The notes: a model not told the origin generated them from the sequence alone. A stretch of 64,000 nt of DNA from Okamejei kenojei (GCA_035221665.1 CM069144.1:35650001-35714000); one strand, 5' to 3'; shown: positions 1-14,374, numbered from the stretch's first letter. Translations and numbers: made by a program.

Positions 1-186
1 TTCACAACCATCTTCATTATCTGCAAAACCACTAACTTTTGTATCATCAGTTACTTGCTAATCTTGCCCTGTGTGTTCTCATCCAAATCATTGATGTAGA
101 TGACAAAATGTAACGGGCCCAACACCAAACCCTGAGGCACACCACTGGTCACAGACCTCCAGTCTGAGAAGCAACCTTCCACCATC
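1..186 (-). mobile_element. CR1 LINE RT fragment
   Basis: Reverse strand encodes a decayed SGVPQGxVLGP...YINDLD...KxADD segment. Confidence 0.7.
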
Positions 187-1289
187 TGTATTCAAACACG
201 TACTAGTGGCAGAGAAGACTCAATGTAAGGAAAACCATTATGGTTTTTTTATGCCGGCTGAGTCGTCTGTCATTAGAGTACTGTTCTCAAGAATCCAAGT
301 CAGTTGAAGAGAATACCGGAACCTCCAAATCAGTATCATCTCTATGGTATACTTTAATAGACGTGAATGACGTTCACAACTGTCGCTTACATTCTTAGCA
401 ATAAAAACTTGTCAGCAAGGAGCAGTCAAGCAAGAGATTGTCAAAGAAACACATGCATGTTTATTTTTTATATCATTTTTGATAGCATAGAAGCAAGTTT
501 TGCATGTATACTTGTTTAAAGGGTTAACCATTGTGATCCCGATTCAGTAACTTCCAACAAAGAAAGAACAGGCTTATTTAACTACGTGGGAAATAGGTCT
601 TGGTGTACCCTCGCGTTCTTGTTCTTCTTTGTATTATTAATTGAACCTTAGACTCAATGCCAGACAGGCCTGGTTGCTGGTGGCCATTGAGTTAACCGTT
701 CAATTGCCACAGCGTGAAGTGCTGCCATGTTAAAGACACACAGGAAGAAAGCTTCATTTATTCCCTCACCCTCTAAGTATTTTCTACCTTACAAGCATTT
801 GACGTGAGAGTATACGCATGAGCAGCCCACGAAGTGGTTATTGCCAGAGTACAGTTCTGCCCTAGAACAGACACTCGGACAGGTACATGAATCGGAAAGG
901 TTTGGAGGGGAATAAGGGCCTGGCTCTAGTAAGTGGGAATCTTCAGTTAAATAAAGCCCCATGGACACATTGTGCCCCCAAGGGTGTTTCGGATGCAACT
1001 ATGTCTATGACAATTTGGGAGCAAACTATGATTAGCTAATGGATCTCCTCCCAGACAGCTCTGCTAATTCCCCTATGTCTTTTCGGGTTATACCTCAGTC
1101 CATGGGGCCCCAACAATTGACACCTTGTTCAAACCCACTACTAATGGCTCAGAAAAATTTTGTTCTTTTACTGTGGGGTTCTGAAAAGACGATCGACAAT
1201 GAATTATATCAACACACTTGTGTGTAATGGTGAACACGTGAACAAGTTAATTCCAATGAAACTTAGGCCTGCAAATGTGGGTGACAGCG

Positions 1290-2330
1290 GCACAGGCAGC
1301 TCGCTGAAAGAGAAGGAATGGGTGACGTTTCGGAGTTGAGGACCCTTCTTCTACTGACGTCCGGGGGAGGTAAATAGATAAGAATAGTGTGAACAACATG
1401 GGAAAATTAATGAGATTAAAGAAAATGTAGAAAAGATCAGTGTTAGTGGGAGAAAGGTAACATCAAAGAGATATTAAAATGTAGTACGACTGGAGGAGAA
1501 TGGGAGGGATGGAAAGAGGGAAAACAAGGGTTACTTGAAGTCAGAGAAGTTAATGTTCATACCGCTGGGGTGTAAGCTGCTCAAGCAAAATATGAGGTGC
1601 TGTTCCACCAATTTGCACTGGGCCTCACTCTGACAATGGAGGAGCCCTGACAGAAAAGTCAGTGTGGGAATGGGAGGGGGAGTTAAAGTGTCCAGCAACC
1701 GGGAGATCAGGTAGGTTCAGGCGGACTTAGTGGAGGTGTTCAGCGAAGCGATCGCCGAGCCTGCACTTATATATATAGTCCACACCTGGAACAGCGGATA
1801 CAGTAGATGAGGTTGGAGGAGGTGCAAGTTAGCCTCTGCCTCACCTGAAAAGACTGTCAGGGATGGAGTTGAGGCGGGAGGTATAGGGACAGGTGTTGCA
1901 TCTCCTGCGGTTGCAGGGGAAAGTACCTGGGGAGGGTGGTTTGGGTGGGAAGGGTCAATTTCACCAGGGAGTAGCAGAGGAACGGTCTCTGCGGAAAGGG
2001 GTGGAGAGGGGAAGATGTGGCTAGTGATGGGATCCTGTTGGACGTGGCGAAAATGTTGAAGGATTATGCGCTGTAGGGGACGGCTGATGGGGTGGAAGGT
2101 GAGGATGAGGGAGCTCTGTCCTAGATACGTGGGCAAGGGGGAGCCGAGAGTGGCGCTGGGGGATCTCGAGGAGAACCAGTGGGGAGGGGCTGTCTTGATG
2201 AAAGAGGGGAAGACCCGTTCCCTAAAGATGAGGACATCTCCGGATGTCCAGGTATGGCAACCCCTTCATTTTGGGCGCGATTGCGGCATAGACGGATTTG
2301 GGCGTCGGCTATAGAGTCTTTGCAGGAAAG
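1290..2330 (-). mobile_element. Penelope-like element 3' fragment with pseudo-LTR
   Basis: Degenerate LTFHP..QRIILQHFRH..DP.TSHIFPSPP and GIY-YIG-type NLIYCIRCSRC segment; terminal repeat shared with other copies. Confidence 0.75.
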
Positions 2331-2809
2331 CGGCCTTGTTGTTTTTTTTGGAAGACGTATGGATAATAATGACGTAAAGACGTCAGGGTTTGCGAGGAGG
2401 GGCGTCCTCGTCGTCTTAGGGTAAAAGAGGAGACATGGTAATCTCAGTTTTGGCTTGGATTAGGTTTAGTTGGCAGTCTTGGTCTTGCCCAGGCAGCTTC
2501 ATCTTACACTTTGAGATGCGGAACTGAGATAGGCTTGCTCTCCACTCTCCAACGTTGATGATCATGGGCAAGCATCTCACCAGGAACTGGCAGAGCAGCA
2601 GCCTCCCCGAGGGCCAGCAGACCTCTGAGCCCTAACGGGCCATTGGGGGCTAACACGGGGCATGGGGACTGCGTGAGTAGGACGAAATGCAGATGTGGTT
2701 TTACATAGAAGATAGACACAAAATGCTGGTGAAACTCAGCGGGACAGGCAGCATCTCTTCTTCAGATTGGGAGTCAGGTGAGAGGGAGACACAGAGATAA
2801 GGAAGGGTA

Positions 2810-3470
2810 AGGTGTGAAACCTACTGATTCCCACAGCTATCGAGACAATTTCTTTCCACCCTGCTCCTCAAAGACTTCCCCTAACCAATTCCCAATCTGT
2901 GCCCTGGATGACGTGTTCCATACCAGGACATCTGTGATGTCACAATTCTTTCGGGAACGGGAGTTCCCCTCTTCCATCATAGATGAGGTCCTCACAAGTG
3001 TCTCCTCGATATCTCGCAGCTCTGCTCTTGCTACCTCTTCCCCCAGTCTCAACAGGAACAGAGTCCCCTAGTCCTCACATTTCACCTTGAAGGCCGTGCA
3101 TACAACACATACTCCGCCAACATTTGTACCCCCTCCAACGACTTCCCACCCCTAGCCCTATTCAATTACACCCTTTTCTGCTTCGAGAGGACTGTTCCTC
3201 CGCAAACTCCCTAGATAACTCGTCCCTTCCCACCCAACCAAACCCTCCCAGGCACTTTCCCCTGCAACTGGCAGAGATGCAACACCTGTCCCTATACCTC
3301 TCCTCAACACATCAAAGAACCATCAATCTTTTCAGGTGAGGCAGAGGTTCCCTTGCACCTCTCTTCCAACTCATTACTGTAACCCTGTTTCTGGTGTGGA
3401 CCATATATATCGGCGAGGACCACGCGCAGGCTCGGTGAATCGTTTGACTGAACACCTTGACAGTTGCTTA
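2810..3470 (+). mobile_element. Penelope-like element fragment
   Basis: DDVFHTRTSVMSQFFREREFPSSIIDEVL and GIY-YIG remnants homologous to the other copies. Confidence 0.7.
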
Positions 3471-4000
3471 AACATAGAACATTAGAAACAAAAAAAAACA
3501 ATTAGGTGGCAGAGCAGGCCATTCGGCCCTTCGAGCCGGCACCACCCATTTCCATATGATCATGGGCTGATCATCCATCAGTTCCTGTACCTGCATTCTC
3601 TCCATACCCCCTGATCCTCGCCACAGGCCCCACATCCAAACTCCCTCTTAAATATGGCCAACGAACTGGGCCTCAACTACCTTTCTGTGGCAGGGAGAAT
3701 TTCAAGATTCACACAACACTGTGTGAAAAACGATTTTCTCATCTCGGTCCTAAAGACTTCCCCCTTATCCTTAAACTGAGACCCCTTGTCCTGGCTTCCC
3801 AACATCGGGTACACTCTTTCCTGCATCTCGCCTGTCCAAAACCCCTTAAGAATTTGGTAAGTCTCTATGAGATCACCCCTCCATTTCTTTTAACTTCCCG
3901 CGAGTACAAGCCGAGTCTATCCCGTCTTTCTTCATAGGAAGTCGTGCCATCCAGGAATTCAGTTGGTTAAACCTACACTCTCTCGGTTGCAGAACACTCT
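3470..4000 (-). mobile_element. CR1 LINE 3' end
   Basis: Reverse complement resembles the 3' end of the CR1 at 40900-41340, including the short-repeat tail. Confidence 0.7.
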
Positions 4001-4029
4001 TCCCTTACCCGCAGATGTTTTTACATGGG

Positions 4030-5950
4030 TACACAAAAGCTGGATACCCTCAGCGGGTGCAGAAGCATCTAAGTGAGCGACGGAGATAGGCGACGTTTTC
4101 GGGTCGAAACCCTTCTTCAGGATGGTCAGGGATCAGGGAAACGAGAGATATAGACGGTGATGTGGAGTGGAGGCTAAGGAAACAATGAGTGCACGATTAT
4201 GCACAAAAGTATCGGTGTGATAAAGGGACAGGGGGGGGCATTTGTAAGCTGTTTGTGGTGTGACAAATGAGAAGCTGGTGCGGACTTTTTTAAGGGTATG
4301 GGGGAAGGATAGAGGATAGAGGGAATGCCAGGGCCGAGGGCTGAGGGAGAGGATGGAAGGGGAGGAGACAGCAAGGGTTAACAGATTGAGAAAATTTCAA
4401 TATTCAAGCCAAAGGATGCAGATCCCCAAGCGGAATATGGTGTTTTCCTCCAGCTTGCGGTTTGGTGCTCCCTCTGGCCGTGGAGGACGAGGCCCAGACC
4501 GAGAGGTCGGATGTGGACTGGGAGGGGGGAGTAGAAGTGCAGAGCCACGGGAGGTCGGGTTGGTTTATTGCGGACGAAAGCGGAGGTGTTCGGCTGAAGC
4601 GCTCGCCAAGCTCCGCTGGTCTCCGATATAGATCATCTGGATTGGAAGCAGCGGCTGCAGTAGATGGGAGGCGGCGGTGATGAGGAGAACTCAGTCGGAC
4701 CTGGAAGACTGCTTGGGGTCCCTGAAAGGAGTGGAGGGGGGAGGTGAAGGTACAAGTGAATTGATTTCTTGCCCCCGGTTTGAAGGGAAAGTGCCGGGGA
4801 AGTGGTAGAGTGGGAGGGGAGGAAAGGAATGGACAAGGGAGTGCGGAGGGAGGAGCGGTCTTTGCGACGGCAGGACAGAGGGGGGGAAGGGACAGATTTG
4901 GGGGTGGCGGGGTCACGTTGGGAGGTGGCGAAACTGGCGGAGGACTAGATGTTGTATTTGGCCGGCTGGTGGGGTGAAAGGTGAGTGGACCGGGGGACTT
5001 GCCCTGTTTGCGAGTGGGGGAGATGGGGTGAGCGAGGGCCGTTGTAGGGGGTTGGGAGGAGACCCTGGTGCGAGCCACATCAATAGTGGGGGAGGGAATC
5101 CCGATTCTGAAGCATTGAGGCCATTTGTGATGACCTGGGGTGGAACACCTCATCCTATGGGAAGCAGATGCGGCGTAGACGGAGGGAATTGGGGAATAGG
5201 GATGGAGTCCTTAAGGGAAGCAGGGGTGGGAGGAAGGTAGTCAGGTAGCTGTGGGAGTTCCGTAGGTGGCGAAGTGGATGTCGGTAGGAAGCGTATCACC
5301 TGCAATAGGATGGTGAAGTCAAGGGAATGGTAGGGAATGTCGGAAAATGGTCCAAGTGTATTTGAGTGCCGGATGAAGTTGGTGGTGAAATGAATGAAGT
5401 CAGTCGATTGTGTGGGTGCAGGAGATGACAACCAAAGCAGTCGATGGGCCTCCTCAATGCCAGGTTGAGGCCCAGCGCTTATTGAAGGAACCTATTTCAC
5501 TCGAAGCAGCTTTATACCAGTGGTCTGAATATGACCTTTAACTTCAAGTTCCCTTGCTTTCCTTCTCTCATCCCTCCCCTTTCCTAATTCTCGAACCAAA
5601 TCTCACTGTTCCCCCAAAATTACATTTTATCTCGTCGGTTGAAGAAAGGTTTCTGACCAAAACGTTGCCCATCTCCTTCGCTCCATAGATGCTGCTGCAC
5701 CCGCTGAGTTTCTCCAGCATTTTGTGTACCCTACATTTCATCTTTGTTAGCTTCTCCAGCTAATAATGATCTATTCTACATTTCCCTAGATGGGCATCGC
5801 TTTTGATATCTCATTTTCACACCTCACCCATCCTTATCTCCGTGTCTTCCTCTTCCCTGTCTCTCCGGTCGACCCGAAACGTCACCCGTTCCTTCTCTCC
5901 AGAGATGCTGCTGCCTGTGCCGCTGAGTTACTCCAGCATGTTTGCGTCTG
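4030..5950. mobile_element. Penelope-like cluster (minus-strand body plus plus-strand pseudo-LTR with nested short element)
   Basis: Indel-rich homology to the other Penelope copies; pLTR sequence at 5410-5950. Confidence 0.65.
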
Positions 5951-5959
5951 CCTGGGGGC

Positions 5960-6300
5960 CGAAGATGATCTTTGCCGGTGACCGATTGCAGAGGCAGCCC
6001 AGGCCTGCCCCCCCCCCCCACCTGGCGTTGTTGCGCCTGCGCGTGCCGGTCCCAGGGGGGGGGGGCAGAGCGCGAAGATGGCGCGAGCAGCAGCGAGTGT
6101 CCGCGTCGGAGAGTGGAGGGAGGACGCGTCGGCCGCTATGTTTCCCAAAGGTAAAAGAGGGATGCGAAGAAATTCAGCGAAAACAGGGCGTGGCGAAAGC
6201 GCCACCAGAACCTGCGGACTACAGCAACACCGCTCCCCTCTCGTCGGTCTCTCGGCGCTATCCGAGACTCCAGCCGCCACCCCCCCCCCCCCACCTCGGG
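5960..6300 (+). promoter_or_regulatory. CpG-rich POLR2D promoter/first-exon region
   Basis: High CpG density around the ATG; NRF1-like TGCGCCTGCGC at about 6032-6042. Confidence 0.6.
6078..6150 (+). CDS. POLR2D: RNA polymerase II subunit RPB4, coding exon 1
   Basis: ATG in a GC-rich island; translates MARAAASVRVGEWREDASAAMFPK, resembling vertebrate [24 protein letters not shown]; 73 nt ending at AG|GTAAAA, phase compatible with exon 2. Confidence 0.85.
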
Positions 6301-6569
6301 GGAGAGTGTGTATCTTGACCTCCACTCGAGGGAGTTGGGTGCTTTCTTTTCCTCTTTCCGAGGGTGTGAGGGTTGCTTAATCCCCCACCAGCTGCAGACA
6401 CCGCCATCATCAAACTTCCTCCCCCCTCCCCTTCACTGGGATGGTAGCTGCTTGCGGTTTTACCTGTTCTGCTGCCTCCGTTGAGCGAAGGTGTAGGAGC
6501 TCTCTTTTTAACTAAGACACGTACCATAAAGTTTCATGAACTTTTTCACTGCATCCATTGGCATGTTCG

Positions 6570-6865
6570 GTGTGGGGGTCCAGAACCGCGGCCCAGTATA
6601 AGAACAAGGAGTATGCCATTTAAACGGCGAGGCAGGAAACGTCTTTTCTCACAGAGAGTTGTGGAGGCCGGTTCTTATGTATGGATACTTTTAAAGAGAC
6701 GAGCTAAATAGGGCTCTTAAGTAGCGGAGTCAGGGAATATGGCGGAGAAGGCAAGAATGGGGTACTGATTGGGGATGGATCAGTCATGATCACATTGAAT
6801 GGCGGTGTGGCTCGAAGGGGGGGCCCAATGGCCTACTCCTGACTTTTGTCTATTGTCTATTGTCA
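6570..6865 (+). mobile_element. CR1 3' end in POLR2D intron 1
   Basis: Homologous to 41030-41340; TGTCTAT-repeat tail. Confidence 0.7.
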
Positions 6866-7281
6866 TCGATAGCCATACTAAACATTCGTACATTGCCAAT
6901 CTACAGTTCAATTTTGTCTATTCACTTTTTCAGTTCATTCATTTTACTGTTCTCACATTTTAGAATTCCATTTTATGGCTGTTTCAGAGTGATTTGCATC
7001 CTCTATAATCTCTGATTGGAAATACCTGCTACCAACAATGCCTATGTTTGAATATTCAATATCACGGCATCCCATTCTCCGGAACATGTCACGAATTAAG
7101 AAGTTACAATTATTAACCAGACCCACCCAAATTCTTCTCGCTATCACTTCTGCAATTTGCAACATATTGTGCCCATGAATAAGCCTCATGGTTTACCTTG
7201 TGAATGGAAAGATGTCAGACAACCAAAGTGTTAGAAGTTATTTGATTTGAAAAGTTAATTTGTTTTGAGATAATTGAATAG

Positions 7282-7500
<219 letters not shown>

Positions 7501-7949
7501 TAAGTGTGGGAAATTTTTAAAAGGCTTGGTTTAATTTACTGAATTGCAAATTTCACCTTGATGTGAGGGGTTGAGATCAATGTAATTGTGGGGTACAGTA
7601 CCTTTACTGTGAGATTATGAATTTTCTATCTGGATATTTACTACATTTGATATTGTTAACTTGCCAACAGTTGACCTGCAGGTGACTGTATCAATTTGTT
7701 AAAACATTAAGCATCGTACAGTAAAACTGTTAATCTATCGTGCTCAGAATTTAGTGCCGGACTGGCAGATTTTCCAGGCTGTTGGATGTTATTCCAGTTT
7801 TAGCTCACTTAACACATTTAAATTCACTTCTAGATGTTACTTAGTGTTATATTTTTCACCGTGAAATGTGGGGCTGTGTAAAATGGATCCTTGGTCAGTT
7901 TAATAAGAGTACATAAACTGTAAATGCTAGGAGCTGAGCGCATGAGACA

Positions 7950-8720
7950 TAAAGAATGAAAAAAGCCCTTCACCGCAATTCATCTATGCCAAACTAGATG
8001 CATCATTTAAGCTAGTTCCATTTACCCATGTTTAGACGTTTCCCTCAGCCTCTCCTAACCATGTACCTGTCCCAATGTATTTAAAATGTGATTGTACCTG
8101 CCTCAAGTACATCCTCTGGCAGTTTGTTCCTTATACCCATCACCTGTGTGTGAAAAAGTTGCCCCTCAGTTTCCCATTAAATCTTTGCAGCATCATCTTA
8201 AACCTGTGCCTTCTAGTTCTCGATTCCATTGCCCTGGGTAAAAGACTCTGTGCATTCATCCTATCTATTCACCTCATGATTTTACACATCTGTCAGATCC
8301 TTCCTCAGCCTCCAATGCTTCAAGGAATAAAGTCCTGCCTTACCCTATGTATTCTTTAGTTCAGGCCCTAAAGACCTAGCAACATCCTCAAATCTTCTCA
8401 ACACTCTTTCCAGTTTAATGGCATCTTTCCCATAACAAGGTGACCAAATCAGAATACAGTACTCCAAGCATGGCCTCACCAAAGTCTTGCATAACTGTAA
8501 TACAATGTCCCAACTTTTATACTCAATCGGCCTGACTGATGACCATCGTGCCAAAAGCCACCTTCACCACCCCATCTACTTGTGAAGCCACATTCAGGGA
8601 ACTATGTATCAGGTCAGCAATCTTCTCCAAGGCCCTACTATTCACTAAATGTCCTTCCCTGGTTTGACTTCCCAAAATGCAACACTTCACACTTTCCTGC
8701 ATGAAACTCTCTTACCTGAA
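7950..8720 (-). mobile_element. Old CR1 LINE 3' fragment
   Basis: IEYKSWDIVLQLCKTLVRPCLEYCILIWSP, a CR1 ORF2 C-terminal motif. Confidence 0.75.
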
Positions 8721-9229
8721 GCCATCCCACTTAATGTAACCCTCGGCCTCCTAGGTTGATCACCTGTAACTTGTTTAAGTTTCCCTCTTTGTTCCGCCAC
8801 ACTCTCACATTTACATTACATATCGATCCATCTTCTTTTGTCATCTTACCTTGTTCGTAACGAAGCCACTAATGACAATCTCTGTTATTTTCAAGGAGCA
8901 GCACCATCATGCATAAAAGCATTCTGCCTTTCTATAATTCGTAAATTATCTCCAAACTCTTGCTAATTCTTTCAGGTTTCACAATTAAAGATAAAGACAT
9001 CTAATTTGTTCCAATTCTCTATCCCATGCTTTAATCAAGCATCAGGGTAATCTTATTTTTCCTCATCATTTCATCTCCAGAGGAAGCTCTTGCTTTGGTT
9101 ATTTGTTGTCCATCTGAATTTTTAACCAAAATTTGTTTGTTACGTCGAATAGTCCTTGTTTCAATCATACATTGGCAACATCCTGCAACTCTTTCTCCAT
9201 TAGTTAAACAACTGCATTGGGGCTACCTC

Positions 9230-10215
9230 CTGCACCCGAGCAGAACTTATTGATTTCATCACTTCTCATTAACTTCCACCCTGCCCTCAAATTAATTTGG
9301 ACTATCTCCCCTTTTTTGATCTTTGTTTTCATCACGGGGGATAGACCAACGAGTGACGTCAGTTACAAACCCATCACTCCCACAATTATCTGGAATACAC
9401 CTTGACTCTTGCAAAGAAGCTACCCCCTACTTTCAATTTCTCTGTCTCCGCAGCATCCACTGCCAAGATGAGGCTTTCCATTCTAGGACATCCGAGATGT
9501 CCACTTTCTTTAGTGAACGTGGTTTCCCCCTGGCTGTCATAGATGGATCACTCACCTTGTCTCCTCTGTGTCCTGTTGTTTTGCTCTTGCTCCCCCTCCA
9601 CGTCCCTCCAGACGAACAAGGATACGTGGTCCTCCTTGCTGACTCCTAACTTTTTGCCCTCACCAGCTCTTCCTGCATCAACACATCATTCTCCCAACAT
9701 GTTTTCGCGCCTTCTTCAACGTGATCTCCACCACAGTACCATACTTACTATCCCCACCCTTTTCCCCTTCTGCAGAGAATGCTCCCTCCACACTCCTTGG
9801 CTCATGTCATTCCCTTTCCCCCCCTGGTACTTCCCATGATTTCTGGAGATGTAACACATGACCCCCGTACTTCCTCCCTGACATTTATCCAGAGGCCGAG
9901 CAGTCCTTCCAGGTGAGACAGGTGTGCATGTACACCTCCTCTACCCTCATCTACTGCATCCAATGTTCCCGATGTTGCCTTTACATTTACATTAGATGAA
10001 GTGTAGACCTGTCCATTCTGGCAAACACCTGTGCTTGGTCTGCCAAGGCCTGTTGTATCTCCTGGTTGTTAACAATTTTAACTCTCCTTCCCATTCCCAT
10101 ACTGACCTTTCTGTCCTGGGGCTTTCTCCCCCAACCAGAGGGGTCCCAAACGAAAACGTCACCTTTCCATGTTTTACAGAAATGGTGACTGACCTGCTGA
10201 GTTATTCCAACACTT
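9230..10215 (+). mobile_element. Old Penelope-like fragment
   Basis: CKEATPYFQFLCLRSIHCQDEAFHSRTSEMSTFFSERGFP and GIY-YIG remnants. Confidence 0.7.
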
Positions 10216-11040
10216 TATTACAAGATAATGTAAGTACATTAGGAATGGATGATGTACCTGACTTCATTACATAACTATTGCAGCAGAGAGTAGAGGTCAA
10301 CATAATAATTGGATGGGTAAATGAATGTGAAATAGTCAATCGGTTGCAGTTTATCCACTAGTTGATATATTGTGTCCTATCTACTTGTGGAAGAAATTAA
10401 TTTAGAGGGAAATGAAAGGAAAATGAAAAGCAACACTTGCAGGTTTGCTTCAAGAGACTTTATTGCATGATATCATGGAGTTCTCTGACTTCATTACATA
10501 ATTAGCCGACAGTTATACTGTGCAGTGAACTACTTTTGTTAGATACAACTCTATGAAAATATTCTATCAACTACATGGGTCATAAGTCATAACATTATTT
10601 TTGTTTCTGTCAATCTTATTCAGCAGATGGTTATAATACAATACAAGTCAAACACAATACAAGGGCGTTTTGACATTATTCTATCTCACCTTTTAGGCGG
10701 CCCGCGCCACCAGCCAATCATAACCCCCCCCCCATTTACAGTTACATTTCTATGCTACTCGTGGTAAGGGGCGCGGGTGAACTACTGTAACTTCTCACAA
10801 AGGAAAAACAAACTTCCTTATCTCCTCTACTATTTCATGTTTACAGTTACCATCCACCCTTCAACACATTCCCAGACATGAGGCAATACGTCTAACCTTA
10901 ACCTCTTCTACACCTGGTCAAGCGAGAGATGCCAATTGACACATCCAAAACACCCTTTCGGTACCTTATTCAATTTCAATCAAAATTAAGTAAGGAAGGG
11001 TATTAATATTTTCTTCCACACTACTCAACGATAGAAATAA

Positions 11041-11181
<141 letters not shown>

Positions 11182-12804
11182 TGAGTGTTTGCCCATATTT
11201 CTAGACTGTGTAAGATACCAATGCTTATGGACATGAATTTTGCATGTTAACCATCTGCCACACCTTATAAAATGTAAGTGAGAATACCTCATCTGTTAAC
11301 CCCAAAGTTTTAATAAACAGCTTAGATTTTGTTTTGGCAATGAAATAGTTAAAAATGTGAAAAATTACAGAAATTATTAAATCTTGAATTGCATCATCTG
11401 ACTTGGGTGTTTTGTCACTTTCAAAATGTGGCTACAGAAAACAAATTAGACAATTTATTTTCAGACTGGTGAAAGTGCCATTAATACTTAAATGTTTGAA
11501 TTCTAAGGGAAGGTTTATGATCATTCTTTAGTCTACAAACTCATCGCTCCTTGTTATTAAATATGTTGTCCTTGCTATAATTGATGTCAAGCTCAGGTGC
11601 TCAGCCTTTACTCTGATAAATAGTTTGTACACTTATGGTCCACAAGCTCTTCAGTGTCCAGAGCGAATCGTAGATGGTGTTTTTGACTGAACTTGAATGT
11701 TTTGGAGAACTTGTCCGTACAAACCTACTCCAGCTCTTTTGCTTTGCTGTCCATCTCTACTGTTCCACCTTGAAGCAGTTCCAATCATGTCTATTCTATA
11801 GTATCCAGCACACCACTTGTAATGGGCTCCCATGTCCCTGCCCGGTAGCTCTGTTACACAATGATTATATTAATGATTCAGTGAGACGTTAGTGTCACGT
11901 TTTCCTCAGTCCTGTTTTGCATACAACTCAGTAAAATTATACAACAGGCCTCACCTAGGCAGTACACAAGTGTTGCCACGTTTCTGGCCCCGACGAAGTT
12001 ACATAAAGTTAATCGACAGACTTATCTTCTGTCGTGGGAACCAGGCTCCCCCGCCTGCAAGCAAATTTATCTGATTAACTAAAAACATTCAGTAAAAGTA
12101 GTGCATTAATAGTAATATCCAGTTATCCAAAAAATATACCCACCATCAAAATCCTGAAGGTGCCGTATTAGGAAGGTGTTAATGCAGCATCTATTTTTGT
12201 TTGTTTTAGTTTTAGTTTAGTTTATTACTGTCACATGTACTGAGGTAGAGTGAAAAGCTTTTTTTTGCGTGCTATCCAGTCAAAAAGGCTATGCATGATT
12301 ACAGTCAAGCCATCCGCAGCGCACAGATTGAGGGCACAGTATTTAGTGCAAGATAACAGCGTATTAAAACAGTTAGTGTAAGAAATGCTGATGTTGAAAT
12401 AAAGATTTAAAAGAGTAGAGCAATTGTAATGGACGGATAGTAGATCCTCTTTTCTGTAGTGCCATCTTCGATTGGCTGTTTTTTATATTGATCATCACGT
12501 TTTGGACACTTCCTCTCTTGCGTATGACGTGCACAGCCTAAAGTTGTAGGTCAACTTGTTCTATTTGATCAATTTGTTTAGCAAAATAGGGTGGACCACG
12601 TGAAGGTTGCAAATATCTCCCACCCCCCCTTTGGAGACTTTACCCTTTGTATCACTTTTGGACACTTACTCCCCGTGCAAAATCTAAAGCAAAAGTAAAT
12701 TGTAGTTTATTGTGGAAACAGTCCAAGATCGATTGTATTCCTAATAATTTGTAGTTCCTTTAATGTGATTAGCGAGTGCACTAGTAGTATAAAATGCAGC
12801 GTGA

Positions 12805-13803
12805 TGGCCTGTCCTGGGCGACTGTGTCGCGCCAGCCTTAGGCACGATTTGTTCAGGCGATCGCTCGCTCAGGTCGCTGGCAGTAGCGCGACATTGAAAA
12901 ACCGGCGGCTTGAAACGCACTGTCAGAGTGTCATACACACACACGACACCTCTCTCTCCCCCCTACTCCGCCTTTCTCCATCTCCCTCTCTCTCCCTCTC
13001 CCCTCTCACCCCTTCTCTCTCCTCCTCTCCTCTCTCTCCTCTCTCACTTCCTCTTCCCCCTACTCTCCTCCTCCCTTCTCCCTCTCCCTCCCTCTCCGCC
13101 CTCTCCTCTCTCCCTCTCCTCCTCTCCTCTCTCCCTCTCCCTCCTCCCACTCCCCTCTCCCTCTCCCTTCCCTCTCTCTCCCTCGCTCTCTCCCTCTCTC
13201 TCCCCCTCTCTCCCCCTCGCTCCCTCTCTCTCCCTCTCTCCTTCTTCTCCCTTCTCCCCCTCTCTCCCTCTCCTCCCCGTTATGCAAGCTGGGGGAGCGC
13301 TGTTGAGTGAAATTCACCGGCCACGGTGCAAAGCCAAGGTGATACAGACACACCCTGCGATGTAGGTTGGTTGGCGCTGTAATTAAGATGGCTAGTGTGC
13401 GGTAACTCCTTTAACAGAGGGGGGGAGACAAGGAGTGGAGACAACTTTTAAGAATTCCGAGATACACGGCTGTGAAGCTCGGCGGACATTTAACGTTAAC
13501 GTCGGTTATCCCTTGGTTCTGAAACTACTGCTTTACGTTTTTTTTCCCCAATGAGCCAATGAAATTCACCGGTCCTGCACCAGCTACAACCTCACCCTAA
13601 CCGAGAAACCTTTCGGACCCCCCTCCTGGCGACCCACCTACGGCACGAGAATTCTCGCTTCTCTTCTCTCCATGGCGGCTTCATTCTGGGTCACTAATTC
13701 TAGTTCCCAGAATGTGGGAACTCCTCACGACCATGAAGGGCGACTACCCGGCAACCACCTGCGACCATAGAGTCTCCTGCAGACGCCTAAGTGGGACAGG
13801 CCC
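12805..13803. mobile_element. Non-autonomous PIF/Harbinger-like DNA transposon with internal CT microsatellite
   Basis: Right end GACGCCTAAGTGGGACAGGCCC matches degenerate left end GGCCTGTCC..TGGGCGAC; termini resemble the 27263-27435 MITE. Confidence 0.55.
12949..13278. repeat. CT-rich low-complexity tract
   Basis: About 330 bp of almost pure pyrimidine. Confidence 0.95.
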
Positions 13804-14233
13804 ATTAGCATTTACCGTTCAAGGGGTCTGAATCATACTATGAGCATGACTAATTACACAAATCACTGGTAAAATTAAGAAGTATGCTTTTTGTCATCTT
13901 TATGCTTAATTTCTCGCGAGATAAAATGTTTAAGATCAGAATGATCTAGACGCAAAATACAAAAATGTTCAGTAATCACCCGTTAAAGAGGAAAACATTT
14001 TAAATGTTGATGACTTTTTCATTTCGCTCTGATAGAAAGATCCTCTACATGGTGCTACCTATGCTGATATTTTCTACTTAGATTTCCAGCATGGCATTGA
14101 AATTGAGTACATTGTGTGTGGAAATCATAAGGCCTGATGTTGGTCCTGTGATTTTTGCTTAATGTGTTTTAGGTTTTGGGGCTTTATGCATATGAAATGT
14201 ATGGATTTTATTTGTACAGGGGTCTGCAAATGA

Positions 14234-14374
<141 letters not shown>

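Noticed and set aside
2504-2719. Possible exon of a divergent gene upstream of POLR2D
   Set aside because: No recognisable homology; embedded among Penelope fragments
6953-7189. 78-aa antisense ORF in POLR2D intron 1
   Set aside because: No recognisable motif or splice context; length compatible with chance
12765-13365. Long Ser/Leu/Pro- and Gly/Glu/Arg-rich ORFs
   Set aside because: They arise from a stop-free CT microsatellite
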